From assembly GCA_045637165.1 (NCBI GenBank), contig JAZTYU010000009.1:17456-81455 (forward strand): a DNA stretch of 64,000 nt, read 5' to 3'. Origin of the DNA: Candidatus Enterousia sp. (GTDB lineage: Bacteria > Pseudomonadota > Alphaproteobacteria > Rs-D84). Below the pieces are notes generated by a model, which saw only the letters and a program-made list of their open reading frames with translations, did not search any database and was not told where the DNA came from. This document shows, piece after piece, positions 28,750 through 37,572 of this stretch. Numbering within the stretch: position 1 is the stretch's first letter; each line of letters begins with the position of its first letter. A program made the translations under genes and the position numbers.

Positions 28750-29670
28750 ATGAAATCAAACACCACACAACGTTTATCAACCTGGACATTTTGGTCACCA
28801 CTAAAATTCGCCCTAATTTCATTTGGTGTAATGATTGCCTCCGCTTTTATTTTCAGCCTGATATTTAACCCCACACAAATCAGTCGCACATCAGTGCTAA
28901 CAATAACAACGCTCTCCTTGATATTTGGGGCATTCGTTCAAATTCGCACACTACCAAACACAAATCTGAACCAATCATCTTTTATCACAATACATAATTC
29001 TCAAACCCTGATTTTAACTTCTGCCTTCCTACTTTCATCATTCATAGTCGTCAAATACGCCCAGCAAATTTTGTTTAATCTGCTGATGCTTGAAACACGA
29101 ATTTCATCTGATTTTCTACTTGTCTTGATTACAGGCCTGATATTCTATTTATTTCTAATTGGTCTGTTCATTGCAAACACATATGCCAAATTCCGCAAAA
29201 TCCGTGCATTTAATATCCCAACCTGGAAGATAATACTTTGTATTCCTTTTGGTTTTTCTGCCCTGTGGACGCCTGGTTATATACTGAACACACCAACACA
29301 AAACGCCCCAACAATTACACCGAAATCATCAGTTTATAAAAAAGTCCACGATTGGCTTCTTGCACGTCCAACAAATACAATCGCATCATACATATTCATC
29401 ACACTTGTTTCTGGATTTTTCTTTGGATTTGGCACAACACTTCTAACCTTTTCTATCGCACTAATCTTTGGTCTGTGGGTTATTCAAAGTGGCAAAAAAA
29501 AGTTCATAAAAAACATTGATAAAAAATATTCAACTGCCGCAATGATATTTAATCTGACAATATTGATAAGCACAATTTTATACATCACACTTGTCCCCGC
29601 AACCTCGCAAAATGTTCAGATAACAATATCAGACACTTACGAACAATCAGAACCAACAAATGCACAATAA
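28750..29670 (+). CDS. Hypothetical polytopic membrane protein (306 aa)
   Basis: Multiple hydrophobic helices and no conserved motif; sits where sufD would be expected. Confidence 0.45.
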   Translation: MKSNTTQRLSTWTFWSPLKFALISFGVMIASAFIFSLIFNPTQISRTSVLTITTLSLIFGAFVQIRTLPNTNLNQSSFITIHNSQTLILTSAFLLSSFIVVKYAQQILFNLLMLETRISSDFLLVLITGLIFYLFLIGLFIANTYAKFRKIRAFNIPTWKIILCIPFGFSALWTPGYILNTPTQNAPTITPKSSVYKKVHDWLLARPTNTIASYIFITLVSGFFFGFGTTLLTFSIALIFGLWVIQSGKKKFIKNIDKKYSTAAMIFNLTILISTILYITLVPATSQNVQITISDTYEQSEPTNAQ

Positions 29671-29716
29671 AAAAGCGTCTATACGCACAGTTTCAAAACA
29701 CACAAAGGATTTAACC

Positions 29717-30763
29717 ATGCACGGAATTATAATTTTCATAGCAATCATTTTTTTATTATGGATTGCCCGTTCTATATTGATACCATTACTAATCGCCAGT
29801 TTTTTGTGGTATCTGACCAACGCAACATCCGACTATTATCGTCGTGTTCTGCCATACCGCACCCCAACAGACAAACACACAAAAATATATTCGGTTTTCT
29901 TTGATTGGATTTCATATATCGCAACATTTATTACAATCTTTATTGTTGGTTATCTGTTTGCAACCCAGATTCGCCCCATGTTCAGCGAATTATTTAATGC
30001 CCTGCCTGCAATCCAAGAACGCCTAACAACGCTTGGCACATACCTGACCCAATCCCTAGGCATCAAATTTGATGCAAATCTAATCCCAAACATCACCAAA
30101 ATTGCAACAAACATCGGTTCTTCTATTGCAAGTATTGCCGCATCGATGGGTATGGTCATTGTTTATATGATATTTATGTTTGTAGAACAAAGCACATTTA
30201 ACAAAAAATTCTCGGCAATGTTCCCAGGCCGTCGTCAGTATAAAAAAATGCGATACATCCTGGACAGCATTGACACAAACATGAAGAAATATTTATTTGT
30301 AAAAACAGCTATATCCGCAATCACTGGCGTTACATCATTTATATGGCTTCAAATGATTGGTGTTGAATTTGCTGGCGTTTGGGCATTTATTGTTTTCATC
30401 ACCAGTTATATTCCAACGATTGGTGCAATTGTCGCTTGCTCGCTGCCAATACTATATTCATTGGTTTCTGCACCATCATTACAGCAACCCATTTTGACCG
30501 CCATTGGACTTATTACAATGCAAATATTATTCGGCAATATCATAGAACCCAAATTGACAGGTAAAACATTAAACCTATCAACATTGGCAATTTTAATAAA
30601 CCTGGTCGTTTGGGGTCTGATTTGGGGAATTCCTGGAATGTTTTTCAGTGTTCCAATTCTGGTTGCGATATATATCATCTGTGCCCAGTTTGACACAACA
30701 CGTTGGATTGCAGTTCTGTTATCTGCCGACGGCAATATCCCCGACAAAAACGAAGAACAATAA
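29717..30763 (+). CDS. AI-2E family transporter (PerM/YdiK-like)
   Basis: 8-TM protein ending ...IWGIPGMFFSVPILVAIYIICAQ, typical of AI-2E family. ORF track starts at 29660; the ATG at 29717 (MHGIIIF) is likelier. Confidence 0.65.
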   Translation: MHGIIIFIAIIFLLWIARSILIPLLIASFLWYLTNATSDYYRRVLPYRTPTDKHTKIYSVFFDWISYIATFITIFIVGYLFATQIRPMFSELFNALPAIQERLTTLGTYLTQSLGIKFDANLIPNITKIATNIGSSIASIAASMGMVIVYMIFMFVEQSTFNKKFSAMFPGRRQYKKMRYILDSIDTNMKKYLFVKTAISAITGVTSFIWLQMIGVEFAGVWAFIVFITSYIPTIGAIVACSLPILYSLVSAPSLQQPILTAIGLITMQILFGNIIEPKLTGKTLNLSTLAILINLVVWGLIWGIPGMFFSVPILVAIYIICAQFDTTRWIAVLLSADGNIPDKNEEQ

Positions 30764-30789
30764 CCCAACAAAAAAACACGCTATACACC

Positions 30790-30820
30790 CAAAAACCGGG
30801 CTTTTTACTTAAGCCCGGTT
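30790..30820 (-). terminator. Intrinsic terminator after ruvX
   Basis: 9-bp stem accgggctt/aagcccggt followed by TTTTTGGG on the minus strand; it could also stop plus-strand transcripts. Confidence 0.6.
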
Positions 30821-31255
30821 TATCATTGCAATTGCATTTTCCAATATCACACGTGCGGATTCTGAATCTAATTTTTTCTTTATATCGCTAACCCTAACAC
30901 GTCCCATTTCTTCCTGGGCCGCTTGGGAAGTTAAATTTTCTTCGATAAAGATAATTGGTTGTGAAATAACTTTTTCTAATTCTGCCACAAAGCCCCTTAC
31001 CAACTGCGATGTTTCAGATTCTGTCCCATCAGACCGAACTGGCAGTCCAACAACAACAGCATTGACATTTTCTTGATAAATTACTGCCCCTACCAATCGT
31101 GCTGCATCTGCCCCTTTTGGCACAACAATCGCATCACGAACAAAGACAAATTCCCTGTCCAAACTACTGACTGCGACCCCTATTCGTCGCAATCCCCAAT
31201 CAATCCCCAAAATACGTCCCGACGGCGGAAAAGCCTTGAAATCTGGCAAAATCAT
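30809..31255 (-). CDS. ruvX: Putative pre-16S rRNA nuclease / Holliday-junction resolvase-like YqgF (RuvX)
   Basis: RILGIDWGLRRIGVAVSS...VVGLPVRSDGTESETSQLVRGFVAEL is the RuvX/YqgF RNase H-like fold. Start is ambiguous (ATG at 31255 or at 31300). Confidence 0.75.
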   Translation of the reverse strand: MILPDFKAFPPSGRILGIDWGLRRIGVAVSSLDREFVFVRDAIVVPKGADAARLVGAVIYQENVNAVVVGLPVRSDGTESETSQLVRGFVAELEKVISQPIIFIEENLTSQAAQEEMGRVRVSDIKKKLDSESARVILENAIAMINRA

Positions 31256-31293
31256 TGTATAATTCCTTTTACTTTGTAAATATAGGATTGAAA

Positions 31294-31590
31294 ATGGCAT
31301 TTAGCAAGCAACAATTACAAAAATTCGCCGATTTGATAAAGATTGAAATCTCGGCCGAAAAACTGGAACAAATGAACATTGATTCTGTTGTTGAATGGCT
31401 GGACAAATTACAACAGATTGACACAACTGGCGTTCAACCAATGTTAAACCCAGCAGAACATAAATTACCCCAACGTAATGATATTGTTACCGACGGCAAC
31501 ATCCGTGATTTGGTCTTGGCCAACACACCTGATAATGCTGGCACATCACGTGGTTATTTTGCAGTGCCCAAGGTTATGGATGGTGAATAA
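31294..31590 (+). CDS. gatC: Glu-tRNA(Gln)/Asp-tRNA(Asn) amidotransferase subunit C
   Basis: ~98 aa: MAFSKQQLQKFADLIKIEISAEKLEQM...GVQPMLNPAE...RNDIV is a GatC pattern. Confidence 0.8.
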   Translation: MAFSKQQLQKFADLIKIEISAEKLEQMNIDSVVEWLDKLQQIDTTGVQPMLNPAEHKLPQRNDIVTDGNIRDLVLANTPDNAGTSRGYFAVPKVMDGE

Positions 31591-31591
31591 A

Positions 31592-32023
31592 ATGTCAAAC
31601 TCAGAAAAAAACATTCCTGTAGATTTTGTTCAATATGAACAGTATGAACACTTCCCGAATCACATTGCGTCATTGGGTTGCATCACACGCAGCGAACTTG
31701 ACGCTTTGATGGAAAAATTATCTACACGAAACGTTGCCCCCAACGCCTGTATAAAGACACTAAATTTGGAATACAACGAACACACAGGATTTGGCCGTGT
31801 TTTTGGTAGCAATGAACGTCGTCGTTCACTGTCCATTGACGGATTGTTTTATTTTGACCAATACCCACAATGCGGCAAAAAAAATTGCAACCTGGGCGAG
31901 GCAGACAAAATAAAACGCTGTGCCCGCAACTTAAAGAACGGCAAATGCTGTGACGAATTTATCCGCAACACATTGGGTGCAATCTTATACCCACACCACT
32001 ACGCAATGGAAAAACAAAAATAA
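31592..32023 (+). CDS. Hypothetical Cys-rich protein (143 aa) inserted between gatC and gatA
   Basis: ATG 1 nt after the gatC stop; 7 Cys including QCGKKNC and KRCARNLKNGKCC; no recognisable domain. Confidence 0.5.
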   Translation: MSNSEKNIPVDFVQYEQYEHFPNHIASLGCITRSELDALMEKLSTRNVAPNACIKTLNLEYNEHTGFGRVFGSNERRRSLSIDGLFYFDQYPQCGKKNCNLGEADKIKRCARNLKNGKCCDEFIRNTLGAILYPHHYAMEKQK

Positions 32024-32036
32024 TACAGGCACAACA

Positions 32037-32621
32037 ATGAAACCCAATAAAAAACATTTAAGAAACTTTGACAACCTATCAAACCAGATAATAGTCGCTT
32101 CTGTAAATTACGATTTTCAGGCTGACAAACTTGCACAAAGACACAATATAAACTTTAATGCAGAAGACTTACTAGACCGCCCAGAATATTATGAATATCT
32201 GGAAGATTTGGGACAGTTTTTGGCAGAATACGAAATAAAACAATCTATCTTGAACGCCAAACGCGTTGCCGAATTACTAATCGGATACAACATTGCACAT
32301 CGTGGTAAAAAACTGCACCCATCTGCAATAACCAAGAAATTAAACAAACTGCCCGAAGCATACGCCGAAACAATTTATCACGCAATAAATGACGACCATT
32401 TTAATTCCCCTGTATTAACGGCCCAACCATATTTACATTCTATATTGCAAAAAAAATACGGGGTCTTATTATTGGATGAAAAATACTTTGAATACCTGTA
32501 TGCGCTATTGAACAATCCACGTATACAACCGTCACAAAAACAACGCGAAAAAATTTTCGCAAACTTAAAATTGTTTCACAGCGCAACCGTCAAATCCTAT
32601 TTGAACAACAAACAAAAATAA
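32037..32621 (+). CDS. Hypothetical protein (194 aa) inserted between gatC and gatA
   Basis: ATG 13 nt after the previous stop; acidic/aromatic-rich (YEYLEDLGQFLAEYEIKQ); ends 12 nt before gatA. Confidence 0.5.
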   Translation: MKPNKKHLRNFDNLSNQIIVASVNYDFQADKLAQRHNINFNAEDLLDRPEYYEYLEDLGQFLAEYEIKQSILNAKRVAELLIGYNIAHRGKKLHPSAITKKLNKLPEAYAETIYHAINDDHFNSPVLTAQPYLHSILQKKYGVLLLDEKYFEYLYALLNNPRIQPSQKQREKIFANLKLFHSATVKSYLNNKQK

Positions 32622-32633
32622 AAGAAGAAAAAG

Positions 32634-34100
32634 ATGATTAACCTGACACTATGCGAAGCATTACAGAAACTAAACAACGGTGAGATTTCCGCTGTCGAAT
32701 TGACACGCTGCTATCTGGACCGAATTGAAAAATATGGTGCTGATTTGAATTGTTATATCACAACAACACCTGAACGTGCGATGGCCGATGCGGCTGCATC
32801 TGATGCACGTCGTGCTGCTGGCGACGCAAAATTCTTGGACGGTGCACCAATCGCAATGAAGGATTTATTTGCAACACGTTCCATTCGCACAACTGCGGCA
32901 TCACGTATGCTGGAAAAATTTGTCCCAGAATACGAATCAACCGTATCACAAAACTTGATTGATGCCGGCACAGTCCTGCTGGGCAAGGCAAACCTTGACG
33001 AATTTGCAATGGGCACTTTCAGCAAGACCAGCTATTTTGGTGCACCAATCAACCCATGGCAGCTGGACAAGCAATTGACCGCTGGCGGTTCTTCTGGTGG
33101 TTCTACATCTGCTGTGGCTGGCGGTCTTGCAATTGCTGCAACTGGCACAGACACAGGTGGTTCAATTCGTTTCCCTGCTGCAATCACTGGTATGGTTGGA
33201 ATGAAACCTACATACGGCCTATGTTCACGTTGGGGCTGCGTTGCATTTGCGTCCAGCCTGGACACCCCAGGTCCAATCACACGCACAGTTGATGATGCTG
33301 CATTATTATTATCTGCAATGGCCAGCCACGATGTCAAAGATTCAACCAGTGCAACAAATGGTTTTGATTGCAAAACACCACTAGAACCAATCTTGGGCGA
33401 TGGCAAGAAATTACGCATTGGCATTATCCGTGAATTTAATGACGTTAAAATTTCTGACGACATGAAGAATCTGTTTGAAAAACGAATCGCAGATTTAAAA
33501 TCACTTGGTGCAGAAATTATTGAAATATCGATTCCAAATATTCTGGACGCATTAGCGGCATACTACATCATCGCCCCGGCCGAGGCATCGTCAAACCTGG
33601 CCCGTTATGACGGTATGCGTTATGGCCTGCGTGTCGAAGGCTCTGACATCTATGACACCTTCAAGAAATCACGTGCCGCAGGCTTTGGCGACGAAGTTCA
33701 ACGCCGTATGATTATCGGCACCGCTGTTTTATCCAGCGAATCCTATGACGTTTACTTTATGCAGGCTGCACGTGTTCGTCGCAAAATCGCAGACAGCTTT
33801 AATGCGGCATTTGAACAGTGCGATTTGATCGTATGCCCTTCCAGTGCTGGCACAGCAATGCCACTAAGTTCTGACCTGTCACCATTGGAATACTATGCAT
33901 TGGATTTATTTACAGTTGCAATGAATCTGGCTGGCGTTCCTGCATGCAGTGTTCCATGTGGTCTGGCAACAAACGGTCTGCCTTTGGGCGTCCAGGTTGT
34001 TGGCCGTCGTTTTGACGACAAACGTGTTTTACAGTTGGCAAAACACATTGAAACAGCCGCTGGCATTGACAACCGCCCAACAACAATTATGGGAAAATAA
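32634..34100 (+). CDS. gatA: Glu-tRNA(Gln) amidotransferase subunit A
   Basis: Amidase-signature enzyme (GGSSGGSTSAVAGG, catalytic KDLF...S-cisS-K context), 488 aa. Confidence 0.92.
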   Translation: MINLTLCEALQKLNNGEISAVELTRCYLDRIEKYGADLNCYITTTPERAMADAAASDARRAAGDAKFLDGAPIAMKDLFATRSIRTTAASRMLEKFVPEYESTVSQNLIDAGTVLLGKANLDEFAMGTFSKTSYFGAPINPWQLDKQLTAGGSSGGSTSAVAGGLAIAATGTDTGGSIRFPAAITGMVGMKPTYGLCSRWGCVAFASSLDTPGPITRTVDDAALLLSAMASHDVKDSTSATNGFDCKTPLEPILGDGKKLRIGIIREFNDVKISDDMKNLFEKRIADLKSLGAEIIEISIPNILDALAAYYIIAPAEASSNLARYDGMRYGLRVEGSDIYDTFKKSRAAGFGDEVQRRMIIGTAVLSSESYDVYFMQAARVRRKIADSFNAAFEQCDLIVCPSSAGTAMPLSSDLSPLEYYALDLFTVAMNLAGVPACSVPCGLATNGLPLGVQVVGRRFDDKRVLQLAKHIETAAGIDNRPTTIMGK

Positions 34101-34166
34101 AAATGAAATTACCGTCCACTTCTTTTGACAATAAAAAAACGACCACAAAGGTCGCTATAAAAGAAG

Positions 34167-34242
34167 TGGTGGCTAGGGACGGAATCGAACCGCCGACACA
34201 GGGATTTTCAGTCCCTTGCTCTACCAACTGAGCTACCTAGCC
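34167..34242 (-). tRNA. tRNA-Phe (anticodon GAA), CCA encoded
   Basis: Reverse complement GGCTAGGTAGCTCAGTTGGTAGAGCAAGGGACTGAAAATCCCTGTGTCGGCGGTTCGATTCCGTCCCTAGCCACCA is a 76-nt cloverleaf with anticodon loop CTGAAAA. It lies antisense between gatA and gatB. Confidence 0.9.
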
Positions 34243-34298
34243 GACTGCGGGACAAATAATAAGATACTAAAAATAAAAAAGCAAGGGAAAAAGATAAA

Positions 34299-35819
34299 AT
34301 GTTTACAATAAAAGGCAAAACAGGCGATTGGGAATTAGTAATTGGTCTGGAAACACACATCGAAGTGCTGTCCGAATCGAAATTATTCAGTGGTGCATCT
34401 GCGGATTACAACCCCACAGTTTCCCCCAACACCCAGGTTTCAATGGTTGACGTTGCGATGCCTGGTATGTTGCCAGTTCTGAACAAATATTGCGTTGACC
34501 AGGCCATAAAAATGGGGCTGGGACTGAACGCTGAAATTTCACGCCACAGTCGTTTTGCCCGTAAACAATATTTTTACCCTGACCTGCCCCAAGGTTATCA
34601 GATTTCACAACCTGCTGACGAACCACCTGTTGTTGGTCGTGGCTGGGTTGAAATTATGGGTGATGACGGCAACCCAAAGAAAATTTTAATTGAACGTGCC
34701 CACCTGGAACAAGACGCCGGAAAATTGAAACACGACGTTCACCCAACAAAATCCTTTGCAGACTATAACCGCACTGGGGTTGCCTTGCTAGAAATCGTTA
34801 CTTTCTTGGACACAAAAAATCCAGAAAACAATTCTTATATAAGTTCCCCTGACGAAGCAGAACGCTATCTGCGTGAAATTCGTGAAATTGCACGTGCCCT
34901 GGGCGTATCTAAGGCCAACATGGAAGAAGGCTCTATGCGTGCGGACGTAAATGTTTCTGTTCGTCCAGTAGGTTCAAACGAATTCCGCACCCGCACAGAA
35001 ACAAAAAATATGGTTTCATTTAAGTTCATCAAAACAGCCATTGAATACGAAGCACGTCGCCAAATAGCGGCTTATGAAAACGGTGACACAGTTTCCCAGG
35101 ACACCATGCGTTTCCACCAGGACGACGGCACAACATCTGTAATGCGCAGCAAAGAAGACGCACTAGATTACCGTTATTTCCCAGACCCAGACCTGTTGCC
35201 TGTGGAAATCACCGACGAACAAATCGAACGCATACGTTCAACAATGCCAGAATTACCATCTGCGACCCGTGCCCGCTATACGGCAGATTTCGGGCTGTCT
35301 GAATATGATGCAGCAAGACTTACCGAAACAGTTGACATTTCACACTGGTATGACGCCGCTGTCCATGGAAAAAAACAAAACGCAAAATCGATTGCCAACT
35401 GGATGATAAGCGAACTGTTTGCCCACCCTGAAAATTGGGACGTAAAAAATCAGAAATCAGGTATTATTGATGAAATGCGTATAATCACCCCATCTGATTT
35501 ATCAGAATTGGTTGATATGATTAGCGAAAACACAATCAACGGCAAACAGGCCAAAGAAATCTTTATCAAAATGTTGGACGGCGAAAATGGCACACCACGT
35601 GAAATTGCCGACAAATTTGGAATGAAACAAATGACCGACACCGGTGCAATTGAAACGATTGTTGACGAAGTCATTGCTGCAAATCCATCCCAGGTTGAAC
35701 AATACAAATCTGGCAAGGTTGGTCTGCTTGGTTTCTTTGTTGGTAATGTTATGAAGAAAACAGGCGGCACCGCAAATCCAGCTGTTGTGAACGAAATCTT
35801 ACGTAAAAAATTAGCATAA
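34299..35819 (+). CDS. gatB: Glu-tRNA(Gln)/Asp-tRNA(Asn) amidotransferase subunit B
   Basis: 506 aa. N-terminal WELVIGLETHIEVL resembles the GatB N-terminus; C-terminal YqeY-like helical domain. Confidence 0.92.
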   Translation: MFTIKGKTGDWELVIGLETHIEVLSESKLFSGASADYNPTVSPNTQVSMVDVAMPGMLPVLNKYCVDQAIKMGLGLNAEISRHSRFARKQYFYPDLPQGYQISQPADEPPVVGRGWVEIMGDDGNPKKILIERAHLEQDAGKLKHDVHPTKSFADYNRTGVALLEIVTFLDTKNPENNSYISSPDEAERYLREIREIARALGVSKANMEEGSMRADVNVSVRPVGSNEFRTRTETKNMVSFKFIKTAIEYEARRQIAAYENGDTVSQDTMRFHQDDGTTSVMRSKEDALDYRYFPDPDLLPVEITDEQIERIRSTMPELPSATRARYTADFGLSEYDAARLTETVDISHWYDAAVHGKKQNAKSIANWMISELFAHPENWDVKNQKSGIIDEMRIITPSDLSELVDMISENTINGKQAKEIFIKMLDGENGTPREIADKFGMKQMTDTGAIETIVDEVIAANPSQVEQYKSGKVGLLGFFVGNVMKKTGGTANPAVVNEILRKKLA

Positions 35820-35838
35820 TAACAAAAAAGGAAAAATT

Positions 35839-36087
35839 ATGACCAAGGTTATCAAAATCATTGAAAACAACTGCATCACAGGCGTTCAATACGGACTGGT
35901 TGATGTCCAAGACACACCATTACCAAACACAGCCAAAGCGACAGAAAACAAAAAAAACATAACCGCCAATGCACAACCTGCACCACACCATGCACCTATT
36001 ATTAAACAGCCAGGCCGTGCATGGCAAACTAAAATGTCTGCGGCAAAAAAACGCATACAAGACGCAACCAGAACAAAACAGAAATAA
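35839..36087 (+). CDS. Hypothetical small basic protein (82 aa)
   Basis: ORF with SD AAGGAAAA upstream and Lys-rich tail (AAKKRIQDATRTKQK); no homology recognised. Confidence 0.3.
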   Translation: MTKVIKIIENNCITGVQYGLVDVQDTPLPNTAKATENKKNITANAQPAPHHAPIIKQPGRAWQTKMSAAKKRIQDATRTKQK

Positions 36088-36091
36088 ATTC

Positions 36092-36265
36092 ATGCCATAC
36101 GACAATATTATTTCAGCCCTACAAAAACTGGCTGCTCACGAATCACAAAGCAAAATTCTTGCAAAATCGGAAAAATATCAACGGCAATATGCCTTGCGGG
36201 CTTTTAACACTAAACAAAAGCAAATAAATAAAAAAATTATCAACACACGAACCAAGAACAAATAA
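36092..36265 (+). CDS. Hypothetical small Lys-rich protein (57 aa)
   Basis: ATG 5 nt after the previous stop: MPYDNIISALQKLAAHESQSKILAKSEKYQRQYALRAFNTKQKQINKKIINTRTKNK; ends 7 nt before miaB. Confidence 0.3.
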   Translation: MPYDNIISALQKLAAHESQSKILAKSEKYQRQYALRAFNTKQKQINKKIINTRTKNK

Positions 36266-36272
36266 GAAACAA

Positions 36273-37571
36273 ATGAAAAAATTCTTTATCCAAACTTTTG
36301 GCTGTCAAATGAACGTCTATGACGGATGGCGTATCGCCGCAATGCTGACGCATCATGGTCTGACCCAAACCGACAACATTCCCGACGCAGATATAATTAT
36401 ATTAAACACATGCGCTGTTCGTGCCAAGGCAACGGATAAAGTTTTTTCGGCCCTGGGCCGTATCAGACGTGCGAAAAAGCCCACTGCCCTGTTCGGCATT
36501 GTTGGCTGTGTTGCACGTGAAGCGGGCAGTGATGCATTTCGTCGCATTCCTGATTTGAATTTTGTCCTTGGCCCACAAAGTTATCATAAATTGCCACAAA
36601 TTCTGGAAAATCCGGACGCACGTCTGTTAAATATCGATTTGGGAGGTTTGGAAAAATTTGATTCCCTGCCCCAGATGGAACGCAGTCCACGTGTTGCCTA
36701 TATTCCAATCCAAGAAGGTTGTAATCACTGTTGCACATATTGCATTGTTCCATACACACGTGGTCGTGAAATATCCCGTTCATTCGAATCGGTTATTGCC
36801 GAAACATTACACGCATCTAAAACGGGTGCGATTGAAATTTGTTTCCTGGGTCAGAACGTAAATGGATATAAATACACCGACCAAAACGGCAAAACATATC
36901 GCCTGTCTGATTTGATTCGTGAAACAGCAAAAATGCCAGAAATCCAGCGTATACGTTTCACTTCCAGTTATCCAACAGAAATGACAGACGACCTGATTGA
37001 AATGTTCAAAACAGAACCAAAATTATTACCATTTTTGAACATGCCAATCCAAAGTGGTTCACAAAACGTTCTATCACGAATGAACCGTCCATACAGTCTA
37101 GAATTATACTGCGACATTATAAACAAATTAAAATTGGCCCGTCCTGACATTCAAATCTCATCCGACTTTATTGTTGGTTTTCCTGGTGAAACTGATGACG
37201 ATTTTGAACAGACAATGAAGATTGCTGAGCAAATAAAATACATCAATTCATATTCCTTTAAATATTCACCACGTCCACACACAGCAGCGGCACTAATGCC
37301 GGACCAAATCCCAGAACCAATCAAGGCGGCACGCCTGGCACGCCTGGACACATATCTAAACGAAGTTCAACGTGAATTTAACGAAAGTTGCATTGACAAA
37401 ACACTGCGATGCTTACTAGAAGGACCTGACAAAACAGGTAAACATTTGGTATATCGCACACCTTTTATGCAACAGTGCATTGTTCCATATGTTGATAACG
37501 CCCCAGAACTTGCCAACATTACAATTACATCTGCGAACAAGGCATCATTGCGTGGTAAATTTTCGGATTAA
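36273..37571 (+). CDS. miaB: tRNA-2-methylthio-N6-dimethylallyladenosine synthase MiaB (radical SAM methylthiotransferase)
   Basis: MTTase N-terminus (FGCQMNVYDG), radical SAM CNHCCTYC (CxxxCxxC), C-terminal TRAM domain; 432 aa. Confidence 0.85.
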   Translation: MKKFFIQTFGCQMNVYDGWRIAAMLTHHGLTQTDNIPDADIIILNTCAVRAKATDKVFSALGRIRRAKKPTALFGIVGCVAREAGSDAFRRIPDLNFVLGPQSYHKLPQILENPDARLLNIDLGGLEKFDSLPQMERSPRVAYIPIQEGCNHCCTYCIVPYTRGREISRSFESVIAETLHASKTGAIEICFLGQNVNGYKYTDQNGKTYRLSDLIRETAKMPEIQRIRFTSSYPTEMTDDLIEMFKTEPKLLPFLNMPIQSGSQNVLSRMNRPYSLELYCDIINKLKLARPDIQISSDFIVGFPGETDDDFEQTMKIAEQIKYINSYSFKYSPRPHTAAALMPDQIPEPIKAARLARLDTYLNEVQREFNESCIDKTLRCLLEGPDKTGKHLVYRTPFMQQCIVPYVDNAPELANITITSANKASLRGKFSD

Positions 37572-37572
37572 A

